Source: Coniocarpon cinnabarinum (lineage: Eukaryota). Taken from it: a DNA stretch of 44,883 nucleotides. The notes beneath the pieces were generated by a model. That model searched no databases and had not been told where the DNA came from. It saw only the letters and a program-made list of their open reading frames with translations. Made by a program: the position numbers and the translations under genes. The stretch is from NCBI GenBank assembly GCA_051942205.1, contig JAVECO010000182.1, positions 1 to 44,883 of the forward strand, read 5' to 3'. Below, piece by piece: positions 23,396 to 34,287 of the stretch (positions within the stretch are counted from its first letter, which is position 1; the number at the start of each line of letters is the position of its first letter).

Positions 23396-24198
23396 GATTC
23401 ATGACAGACGTAGGAATGGCTGCCGAGGGTTCCTTCCCTTTTACGCCCCGTCACGGCGCCGTGTACCCGGGAAGAATGTTGCGGTCCGAGGCTTCCGAAG
23501 TGCCGCAATGCTTACAACGTCTGCGCGTAATCGCTCAGCAACGAGTTCAGCAAACCTAACCTCGCGACGTTGCAGATTTTGATCCAGACTCACGGCGAAC
23601 ACCGTGTCTCATCCAGCACATTTCGTGTCTCATCGTGCTCGAAACGCGCTCGAGAGGGCGTATAATGAAGAGTCATTCCGCTTTGTCGGGATAACTTTGC
23701 AAGCAATTACGAGAGCCGCAGACGATCGAAGACCTCGTCAATAGAGTCCGTGTTCGCTGCGCATACGTTAATATACCACGGTGAGCTGCGAACGCCTCCA
23801 TCTACCCACCGCATGCGTATAATATAACAAGGGAGAACTCTATGACCCGGTCAATGATTTCATGCGGTCTAGTCACCTCCATGTCTTGGAGCAAAAATAT
23901 GTAAGTCCAGCAAAGAGGAAAAGCGAAGTCATAAAGCGCATCTCAAATTTTCAAAAGAAGGTAAATAGCCATTGATCCAGCAATATGAAAAAACCAAAAG
24001 TTTTGTGATGGTCGTCGTACGTGCAGAGAGATCATAAGGACACGTAAGAGTCAGAGCACTATGGCGACCTTGCCGTCTTCAACTCAGATGATCTCCTCGA
24101 AATCGCCACGTGCTACGATAAAGGTCGTCTAAGCGGGATTACTACGCTTACAGTTGGTGTTTTCCGGCATACTCTGCAGACCGCCCCACGGTGTGCGC

Positions 24199-24957
24199 AT
24201 GGAGCAGGCTCCAGATACATTCACAATCAGATCTGAACAGCATAATCCGATTTTCATTCATTCCCATGATCCGTACACAAGATTTCACCTGCGGCTCCTT
24301 ACTCATCCACTTCCAAGCAAAGCTTACCTCGAAAACTTGAAGACACAATATGGCCGCGCTGTCCTCTCTGTCTTTGCACATCGCGGGGAAGACATACCCA
24401 AAATTGGCGAACTGCAGTGTGTTCTCAATGGCCGCTCTGACAAAATGGCCATCCTTCGCTATGACCACGATAGTGGTTACATGTTGGCAAAAAGCTCGTT
24501 CTGGTCGACCGTCTCTCTGGAACGCGAATGGCCTACTTGCACCGCAAATGTCCCGGCTATGCTTCCAAACAAGCAAAGGTTACTCTTCGGCTGTGACATT
24601 AATCCGCGCACAGTGCTGTTGTATGTACTCTATGGCACGAGATCTCAGGTGACTCTATATCGCATCCCGGGCACATATCGCTCGCGAACGCCGCCAAGAT
24701 GGGTACTTGCTGAAGACGACCAGGATGCATTAGATTTCATGACTCCTGTCGCTTGTGTCCGATTACCCGAAGACTCGTTCTCTCTACTCAATGGCGAATG
24801 GGATGGTGGCCAAGTCGACTTCTATTTTGACATTTCGAGTGATAGTCATGTGGAAGAAGTTATTCGTGTGATGGAAATATTGTCCCTTGCATACATATTT
24901 ACATTTCCTCGAGTTCGAGGTTATCCTGGCATTAAAAGCGCGACGCTGCAATCTTGA
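24199..24957 (+). CDS. Hypothetical protein, paralogue of 26401-27228 (start uncertain)
   Basis: Open frame of more than 250 codons. The C-terminal LSLAYIFTFPRVRGYPG is shared with the downstream gene. Confidence 0.7.
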   Translation: MEQAPDTFTIRSEQHNPIFIHSHDPYTRFHLRLLTHPLPSKAYLENLKTQYGRAVLSVFAHRGEDIPKIGELQCVLNGRSDKMAILRYDHDSGYMLAKSSFWSTVSLEREWPTCTANVPAMLPNKQRLLFGCDINPRTVLLYVLYGTRSQVTLYRIPGTYRSRTPPRWVLAEDDQDALDFMTPVACVRLPEDSFSLLNGEWDGGQVDFYFDISSDSHVEEVIRVMEILSLAYIFTFPRVRGYPGIKSATLQS

Positions 24958-26400
24958 TGCGTCTTAAAGAGGCACGACAAATGAAGACAGTCTTGGAAGA
25001 GGATATTCGCCATTATATCAGCGGTCTGCATGGGGTGAAGATCAAGGCGAGGTAGCCACACGATCTTAACAATTGCTCACAGACTTAGCCTATGACACCC
25101 GTTACCACAGCCAAAGGCGAATGCGCTGTCGTGGTCGCCGATAACCCCGTGCGTGTCAAACATGAGTCGCGCGAACGACCTTGAAGGATGCAATTCGTCG
25201 GACTGTCTTTTTCCGCCGCATATCTGTCTTCTGACAGCCAGTGGGGGCCGTTTGTCAAGTCCCAGAAAACACCCAAGTGCCTCTGGACACAGAACTTGGC
25301 GACGACTGTCAGCAACGCCTAGCAATAATCCTCAGCTTCCTTGCAACAATAACTCAATGTCTCCACAATGTTCAACGCTCAGGGTTCAACAACTCTAACA
25401 ACATCCACACGAGTCAGCACTGAATGCGCATCTCATTACGAGCGGTACGATACCTGGGTACTGGGGTTTCAATGGAGCACTCGATTCAGGTAGCCCTATT
25501 CCAACTACATGCCTACCCAGTACAATCGACTTGATATATGGCTATATAACAAAAGTTGCGATTCACAGGACAGTCTTTCAACCACGCGGGTGCCACGGTC
25601 GTGCGAAGCGGATACATCTCATTGTCGCCTGATCGAACGTTAAGAGTGGCGCCATACTGAATGTGTTACCTCAGATTTCGGCTTATTAGTTGTCGTGCGA
25701 GTGCATTAGAAGTGATTACACAAGCTTTATGAAGCTAAGGGAAGAGACAAGTATACTCTGAAGTGAGCGTGCCTAAATGAGCTCACCAAATGCCCGAGGC
25801 TCGGATATCGGCGGTACACAAATGGATGTATCTTCATCGCTAGGCGCTGGCTACCACCATGTATGAATGCTCCAAGAGCCAAGGTCTCATGAACAGGAAA
25901 CATCAACGGCCAGAGCCTCGAGAGCAGCGTATGCAACTATTAAGTATCACGTGACGTTGAATCTATCACAAACTGATATCCTAGCAGTGCCAAGACGCGT
26001 CTTAGCAACAGATATAAACAACGCGCCGCCAATTTATCCTCTACGTGGCCGCTTGGGAAGTCTTTCTCGAACCGTCCGGAAAATTATCGCGACGACTGAC
26101 TATGCAGTCGTCTTACATCTGTCTGAACAAGAATGCACCTAATTAGGTAGGTTTGCGCAATGCATTGCCTGAGCGTACCAAGATAAAAAAGAACGTCACG
26201 TTACATGCAATTTCTTTAATCCACCTTGTTGGCAATGGCGAGTATCAGCTTGACAGCCAGGCCTCGCGTTTTCAATTGCGTCACGCGTCGAACCTTTCGA
26301 GTGCTCGTACAAGAAGTAGTAGATTGGCCCCGTTTTTGCAGGGTGCCTTACTTTCCCGGAAGAATCATAACAGACATCGCTACAGTCCAGGTCTTTCTCC

Positions 26401-27228
26401 ATGCCTCGTGTTTTCAATGTCACCTCTACTAATGATACTCTAACCTTCACCTCGGCGGCTATACCAAACCATCGGTATGAACTGCTCTTTTATCCCCATC
26501 CCATTCCTCGGCGAGGTGTCTTGGAGGGGTGGGGCGGACACTGGAGCACGGCTATTGTGAGACATTTTCGTCATCATCTACGAGGCAAATGGGGATCAAC
26601 ATACCTTGGTGACATGCATCAATACCTCGGAGAGCGCCGGGCCTCACAAATATGTGATCTCCGATTATCACATGACAACCATCGCTTGAGTGCTCATATG
26701 TACCCTGGCGCGACACGTCTCGAGCTGCTGCAAGAATGGCGTACTGACGTACCTGCGAATGCATTATTGTATCGTTTGACAGTCTCGCACATCGCTCGCT
26801 TCGGCACCACGACGTCGACACACTACCAGATTCAGTATACGGATGCCGGACTCCAGATGACCCTCTTTCAGCTGGCAACTGCACAGAGGGACCGGGTTGC
26901 CAACATGCGAAGAGGCGGCCCTGCATCATTGGCATGTGGTCAGTGGAACGGCAGTACGCTTGAGATTCTGGATACCGAGGCGAATTCCAGAGAAGGTGTG
27001 CAGTTTATTCTGATGACCCTTTGTCTCGCGTACATGTATACGTTCCCACGCGTTGCAGGACGGCCGGGTGTCCGGACTCAAGAGCCGATATCAAGGCAAC
27101 CTGGTGTGGAAACTTTCGAAGGATCAGATACGGACTTCAGTCTTCAGTCGGGGTATACTATGACAGACCATAGTACGTCGGACGAGAACAGTCAGTCTCA
27201 AGACACCAGCCGGCAAGTCTTTGGTTGA
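26401..27228 (+). CDS. Hypothetical protein, paralogue of 24199-24957
   Basis: 275-aa ORF containing LCLAYMYTFPRVAGRPG. Also shares HP(I/L)P, EW.T..(P/T)AN, Q.TL(F/Y) and G.W.G with its paralogue. Confidence 0.75.
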   Translation: MPRVFNVTSTNDTLTFTSAAIPNHRYELLFYPHPIPRRGVLEGWGGHWSTAIVRHFRHHLRGKWGSTYLGDMHQYLGERRASQICDLRLSHDNHRLSAHMYPGATRLELLQEWRTDVPANALLYRLTVSHIARFGTTTSTHYQIQYTDAGLQMTLFQLATAQRDRVANMRRGGPASLACGQWNGSTLEILDTEANSREGVQFILMTLCLAYMYTFPRVAGRPGVRTQEPISRQPGVETFEGSDTDFSLQSGYTMTDHSTSDENSQSQDTSRQVFG

Positions 27229-27270
27229 GGCTTTAGGTTCAGGATATCAATCTGCTACGTCAATAATTAC

Positions 27271-27378
27271 TCACGCTACCTTATCTTACGCTACCTCACC
27301 TTCCTTTGCCACTTTACCTTCCTATACCTTACGCCACTTCACCTTACACTACTTTACCTCACATTATTTCGCTTTACG
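27271..27378. repeat. Degenerate pentamer-periodic repeat (ACCTT/ACTTT/ACGCT type)
   Basis: ...acgct acctt atctt acgct acctc acctt...gcc acttc acctt acact acttt acctc... Confidence 0.7.
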
Positions 27379-27945
27379 TATATGTAGTAAGCAGGCCAGG
27401 CGTACGAAACCCGAAACGCTAATTATACTCTAACTACTACACTTTTCGTTATTGTAAATGCCTCGGCGGACTTATACTAGTGTCACGATCAGTCAGCTAC
27501 GTGATGTCTGTGTCGACCATGGACTTACTAACTATCTTCTACGCTTTCTTCCGGGAACTCTAAGACAACGAGCAGCAGATGCAGTACACGCAGCAGTACC
27601 AACTCTCGAGCTCACTTTCGCCAGCCTCTAAAGCTGATCACGAGAACTTGTCAGCAAATGTATGCAGCAGAAGTGGTTTCTTCTGCGAGCCACACATTTG
27701 CTGCTCTGTCTAAGCTTTCAACATGGAGAATGAGAGGCTTGCAAGGCTGTAGGCATGTATCTGAGAAGGCTTGACTCTGTTGATCACCGTCATCCCTTGC
27801 CTTGCTTTAGAGCGTGAAGCACGTGCAACGAGGAATGCAAGCCAAGACACGGTATCAAAACAAACCCAGTTTCCCTTTGATGCAGCAAGTCTGCGCCGTG
27901 AATACAGACCTCGGCGGCCAGGACAGCCAAAATCAGGGTACCAGT

Positions 27946-30791
27946 ATGCTTGCCATTCGAGATCTGGTTTTATTATCGCTGTGTGCAGTCCCCATCATAT
28001 CTCAAATCGTCCCAACTCAGTCATCTAACAATTACACGTGGTACGTTCGCGCGCTAGGTCACTCCTCGACGCACGTATGTTGATATGATGGTGTACACTC
28101 TGCTCACGACATGCAGCTCCCCCACAAGACCGTGCGCCCTAGGCTGTTGCGGCAATGCGGGCTACTGTGGTTTCGGCCCGACCTTCTGCGGCCAAGGCAA
28201 TTGCACATCGACGTGCGACCGCAAGTCCGAGTGCGATCCGGGATGGGGTCCAACGTGGAGTAATGCAACGACGTGTCCCTTGAACGTGTGCTGCAGTCAA
28301 TATGGATTCTGCGGCACGACTGCCGGTGGGTCTTGTCGTCAAAAGATCGGTCCAGTCTTTTGACTCGGCAGGCAGCTGCTCATATGTCCTCTACTAGATT
28401 TCTGCGGCAACGCCACGGTCAAAGAGCCGTCGTGCTCGACGAGTGGCAACAGCGCGAGGCAGCGCGTCGTTGGCTACTACGAAGCCTGGTCTCAACAGCG
28501 GAACTGCGATCAAAGTACGTTACTACCTTTCCCCTCGCTCTCTTGTTCATCGATACAGTATACTCAGATCGCCAGTGTTCCCCCGTCAAATGCCCCAAGG
28601 CGCCTGGACCCACCTCAACTTCGCCTTCGCCTACATCGATCCCAGCAACTATTCCATCACACCCATGGACGCCCGCGACGTGTCGTTGTACCGCGAGTTC
28701 ACCGACCTCAAAACGACGAATCCCGGCCTCGAGACGTGGATCTCCGTCGGCGGATGGAGCATGAATGACCCCGGGCCTTGGAACGCCACCTTCTCGAACC
28801 TCGCGAACTCGAGCGCCGCTCAAGATGCGTTTGCGACGAGCTTGATTGCGTTCATGCGGGAGTATGGCTTTGACGGGGTGGACATCGATTGGGAGTATCC
28901 CGTTGCTGAAGAGCGGGATGGCGAGGTCTGTCCATTGCTGCTCCTCCCTCTCTTCTCAAAGTCACTCAGGCTGCACAATAAGCTGACGTGTGGAATAGCC
29001 GTGGAACTTCAACGACTACGTAACTTGGCTCTCGCATCTCCGTGAGCGACTGGGCCCCGAATACGGCCTGACGATCACGATCCCGTCATCGTATTGGTAT
29101 ATGCGCCATTTTGACATTTCGCGCCTCGTCGATCTCGTCGATTGGTTCAATCTCATGACGTACGATCTCCACGGCGTCTGGGATGCGCCGAATCCTTACG
29201 TGGGTCCTTACGTGAATTCGCACACGAATTTGACAGAGATCAATGAGGCGATGGATTTGCTGTGGCGAAATGACATTCCGCCCGAGAAGGTCGTCATGGG
29301 TATGCTTTGCCTCCCCTGTTTCTTTCCGTGTTCGCTCTTTTCTCCTCTACTCTGCTCGTCGTCGGTATTCTTCTCATCGTTCATGATTCTCACGAGTGAA
29401 TTGCTGCAGGTCTAGGCTTCTACGGCCGCAGCTTCACCCTCCAATCCCCCACCTGTGCCCACGAAGGCTGCATCTTCACCTCGGGCGGCCGCGCAGGCCC
29501 CTGCACATCCAACAGCGGGACCCTCTCCTTCGCCGAGATCGAAAGCGTGATCCACACGTCCAACGCCACCGTCTCTCTGAACGAACCCGCCGCGGTCGAA
29601 GAAGTCGTCTGGAATGCCAACCAATGGGTCAGTTTCGATGACACGGCCACCTTTCGCCTGAAGTATGAATATGCCAATGGCAAGTGTCTCGGTGGCCTCA
29701 TGGTTTGGGCCGTGAGTTTGGATGATGCGCAGGGAACTGCGCAGAGGGAGTTGTGTGAGGCTATTGGGTGCACGGTGAGGGTTCCTAACGATACCGCGCC
29801 GGTGAGTTGTGGGACGACGAAGGTTTGTAGGGAGTATCATACGGTGATACCTGGTATGTTATTTTTGTCTTCCCCCACTTTCCCTCTATCTTTGATCTTC
29901 GCAGTCCCAGCCATTTCCTCTCCTTCCTCTCAGTTACATGCACTCATTCTACATCTTCTCATTCACATTCATTTCTCCTCCTCTCCGGCATTGATGCGCA
30001 CTCCTGTTTCCTCCCCCATGTCTCTGCAATCCGGCAATTCACCAGAGAAAACCGCTAACAAACAAAGGCGACACCTGCTACTCCCTGTACACATCCGCCA
30101 ACCTCACCTTCTTAGCCCTTCGCGCCCTAAATCCTCAACTCACCTCCACCTGCTCAAATCTCCAAGTCGGGGAACGCTATTGCGTCCAGGGATCCCCCGG
30201 GCTAAACGACACCAGGTCTTGTACTGCCTCCGGCACTGCTTCCTCGAACGCATCTAGTGTCGGAGCTGGTGTCGGTACGATGGCTTCGAGCTTGGGAGGT
30301 GTCGGGATGGGCACGAATGGGAATGTGACGGCTTCGACGGGTGGAGCAGGGATGGGTGGAGGTGGAAGTGGATATGAATATGGGAATGCGACGGGATCGG
30401 GAGCAGGAGCAGGAGCAGGAGCTGGATCAGCAACGGAGGGGAATAGTATGCCATCGATAGGCTCCTCGATGGGCTCCTCGATGGCAACGGCAGGGACGGG
30501 AACAGTATGTGTAATCACGACACAAGTGGTAACCATAAGCCACGAGCTATGATGCAGCCATCCCGTCTGTGCACCGCCCCCTGTAATTCCGGGACGTACT
30601 CTAACGTGTGGCAACGTTTGACATGTGCGCCGTTGAGTTTGACTGTTATTCCGACCAGTTTCGAGCTTGGCCCTGTGGTGCCCGCAGAATGCGCCGATCC
30701 GATTCTGTCTTGGGTAGATTTCTTCTGCCTCTATCTCTGGAACGTGACGGTCATGTTGGAAGAAGGGGGGGTAAAGTGGTGGCTAGCGTGA
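27946..30791 (+). CDS. Secreted GH18 chitinase (subgroup C-like): Cys-rich/CBM18 modules, GH18 domain, LysM, Gly/Ser-rich linker
   Basis: Signal peptide MLAIRDLVLLSLCAVPIISQ; CALGCCGNAGYCG and CPLNVCCSQYGFCG; RVVGYYEAW; SVGGW; catalytic FDGVDIDWEYP; MTYDLHG; LGGLMVWA; LysM split by intron 29854-30067. The gene ends at 30552, or at 30791 if intron 30505-30557 is used. Confidence 0.92.
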
Positions 30792-30854
30792 GGTAAGACG
30801 ATGTGAAAGGTAAAGTGGCGTCAGGTGAGGTGGTGCAAGGTATAGTTATAGTTA

Positions 30855-30899
<45 letters not shown>
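30855..30899. repeat. (TAG)n microsatellite, about 15 units
   Basis: Direct reading. Confidence 0.95.
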
Positions 30900-31022
30900 A
30901 CGACCAAGACAACGACGCTACACCGCCATTACTAGCACCAAAATTAACACCACGACTGGAAGCTGTACAACTAAAAGCCATGTTCGTCCTGAAGCCTATT
31001 TAATATTGCACTCTGTAACACT

Positions 31023-31146
31023 CAACGCAGACAACGCCCAACGCAGACAACGCCCAACGCAGACATCGCCAGTCACTAAAGCGCTTCCATATCCTTCATT
31101 TCCACAATGTCCACAATGTCCACAATGTCCGCCATGTCCGCAATGC
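31023..31146. repeat. Short tandem repeats: (CAACGCAGACAACGCC)x~3 and (TCCACAATG)x~5 degenerate
   Basis: Direct reading. Confidence 0.8.
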
Positions 31147-32541
31147 AGTCATTAAGAGCAAGACGTGCAACTCACAAAGCTCGACTCAGTTAGTTAAACG
31201 TCTAAACTAGACAATTCGGTAGGAGACAAAGTCACTCGCTTGATCTTCATTCAAGTGCTGATGATCTTGATTACGATTATGATACTAAAAAATGAAAGGG
31301 GTGCCAAGTCAAAGTGAACTAAGTCTGTACGAAAAAGAATCTGTACGATCCCAGCGTCTTCTTGATGCAGACTTGAGGCGGTCAGCCTCGTGCTGTCTTC
31401 CTTATGCGGTCTTCTTCTTGCAGACTTACTTCATATAAGTATTAATGCAGTCTTACTTTGCCATGCATCAGTACGAATGCGAGCATGTATAAACACGAGC
31501 ATCTGTTAAGAGTAGACTCAAAGCCGGCCTTGCTTATAAACATTTTCGCTTGTACGCAGCAGCTACGTCGTTTAGTAAATTTAGTGGTGAAGCGACACAG
31601 GTCGGTTAGGACAGCGCAGTTTCGGGTACGCGATTTAATTATGAAATCAATGTTAGACACGCTGTCAAAGAAATAGATGTTTAATTAGAAAGTCACTACA
31701 TGTTTAAGCTACATAGTTAAGCTATCTAAGGTTTATTGTGCTCTCTTTTTTTTTTCTTTAACCATGAACCGTAGCGTACATATTTGTATCAGCGCTAGCT
31801 ATGCACTTTTCTGTGTCAAGCACGGATTCTTCATCATGCTCAACGTCCTGTACTGTGGTGTTTAGCTAGTTGCGACGCTGCACGACCTCCGAATCCTAGC
31901 TTCCCAAGTTGAAGGTTCTCTTTACTTTTTGAGTTAGTAAAAGGTGGCCGTGTTTGTTGTCGCGCGAGGTAGCGTAAGGCGAATAAAGGTAGGGTGGCGA
32001 AGCGAGGTGAAGTGGCGCAAGGGCAGTTGCCAGAGGTAGAATAGCAGGTGCGTCCAGAAGACAGAAAGACTACCATACCATTACTTCCCTTACCTTTTCT
32101 ACTATATTCGCGATCCGTCTCAGTACACGAACGAGTGACGAGCGAGGATCTGCGTCTTGTCTGGACGGCCTTGATAGACGCACATGACATGGCACGTCAA
32201 GCGGGCTCTGAGCAGCGGCGGTGATGGCGTGCTGCAAGGAGATTGACATGCTAACGAGACCCTGTGTGATTCTTTGATTGATGTTTGACGCTCCCAGGGC
32301 TTGAGAAAGAAAACGGGCAGGAGTTTAGTGATTTGCCTGTCGTTCAAGATGTTCAAGACCTGTCGTCTTGGCTTCTTCGACCGGCGACATGCAGTCCTGT
32401 ATCCGCTGCGACCTGTACACATCTTGCGATTTTCAAACACATCTCTTTCTTGTAGTCTCGACGTCTGGCACTAGCTGTGTGCGGCTAATTGAAGAGACAC
32501 ACCACCTCATCGTCAGAATATCGATTACTCTTCCTGTCACA

Positions 32542-33653
32542 TCACGCATAATGCAAAGCCTTCTCCTGCGTGCTCGGTCCCCCAAAAGCCACCGCACTAT
32601 CCGGCCCCGTACTCGGCACCCCTCGATTCGCATCCTCCCTCTCATCGCCACTGAGCACGCGACACACCCTCCGCAAGGAAGGGCCCTCCCATCCCTTGAC
32701 ACGAATCTCAAATTCAAACTCCCCCAGCTTCTTGACGCGCTCCGCCGTGATGCCCAATCCTTCACTCTCCGTCCCGAGTTCCTCGCCCAGATGCAGAAAT
32801 TGGATCGTCTCCTCCGGCAGCACGACGCGCCCGTCTAACCCCTGTGCTGATAACAGCGCTTTGATCGCCGTGGCGATGTCGCCTGCATTCACGGAGCCGA
32901 AGATGTTGCTGGCCACTTGTCTTGGCGTCTCGCCTAATGCTGGAGCCTCCACGTGCGCTTCTTCTTCTCTGCTCAACGATTCCGGGTCCGGGTTCTGATC
33001 TTTGAGACTGCGCTCTTCGGGGGTTCCAATGGGCGCGCGGAAGAACTCAAGAGTCGGAGGGATGACTTCGTCCAGAAGGGCGTGTGCCTGCGCAGGCGGG
33101 AGGAGGTTCAGTTCCACGCTTTGCGGTTCTGAGTGGCGGAGCGGTTTTGCGGCGGGTTGCTGTGACTCTTCGCGAGCTTGCTTGGCTGCGAGTTGCGGTT
33201 CGCGGCCGAAAGTGCTGTCGCGTTCGATTGGCTGGGAAGAGCGGCGCAGGGCTTGGAGTTCGGGGAAGGGGAGGTAGGTTGCCAGATGTTGTGGGTGGAA
33301 GTGGTTCCGCATCTGTCCGCCAGTGATCAGTGGATGCAGATTCCATTCGAGCGCGCAGAATTGTCAATCAGCTAGTTTTGGTATCGTAGATGGTTTGGAG
33401 GATGATGGTTAGGGATCGTGCTATCGTGTGGCTGTCCTACCTGACCAATGGGCACGGGAATGATAGAGCCCTTTCGCCCCCATTGCGGCACGTCTTCAAT
33501 GAGACGGACAGGTAACGTAGTCCGCGGTTTGGCGTTCTTCTTCTTGCCTCGTGTTTGCTGTACGGGAGTGAGGCATGCTGGACATCGGAACAGAGAGGGT
33601 GCGTGGAAAGAGCTGGAGAACGTTGGGGATGTCAGAACACGAGGAGAAGCCAT
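32542..33653 (-). CDS. Mitochondrial ribosomal protein bL9m (L9 N-terminal domain)
   Basis: Exon 1 33653-33441 has a presequence and VRLIEDVPQWGRKGSIIPVPIGQ. Intron 33440-33313. Exon 2 MRNHFHPQHLATY...IFGSV...VKKLGEFE. Confidence 0.85.
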
Positions 33654-34287
33654 GGGATGGATGAAGAGATCTTTGCGGGTATTGGCAGGAGTTTGGGAAC
33701 GTGGCTTGCGGTGAGCTTGCTGTCATTATTGTTCGTAGGCCGTCTTCGGACAGGGTCGGGGAAAGTGGCTCAGTTTCGAGGCGAACTACATGTACCGCAT
33801 CCCTGAGGTAGATCCGACGAATGCTCTTCACTTGAGGTCCATCTTGGATACGCACGTGCAGAAATAGGGATTCAAATGCTTACATGATGAAGACAATGGA
33901 GTGTGACTGTGATTATTCTCATCGAAATGATATGTACTACGGCTATCAAATTGCGGCAGCATCATATTTACACGAGAACCTTATTATATTCATGCCTGGG
34001 CATCTCTCGTACCTAATAGCTCTCGGAGACCGTCGTTGATCCTTCCGCCAGAATGGATCATGCCTTGTGTGATCGGAAGTGCGAAACGCTCAAGAGTGAC
34101 AAGCAAGCAGGACGCCATGCTAGACCGTTCAACAACTGGATCAAGAACTAATGCCGCCGATCGTAATCATCAAAAACGGGGGGGTGGATCAATCGACTTC
34201 AAAACGTGCTTTTGGATGCGCTGGGTTGGGATGAGCAAGTGATGATGGCTGTGTTGCGAATGTCAATGCTGTCAGGATGACATCGGT

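Noticed and set aside
31023..31146. Repeats as a CRISPR-like array
   Set aside because: They are head-to-tail tandem repeats with no spacers, in a eukaryotic context.
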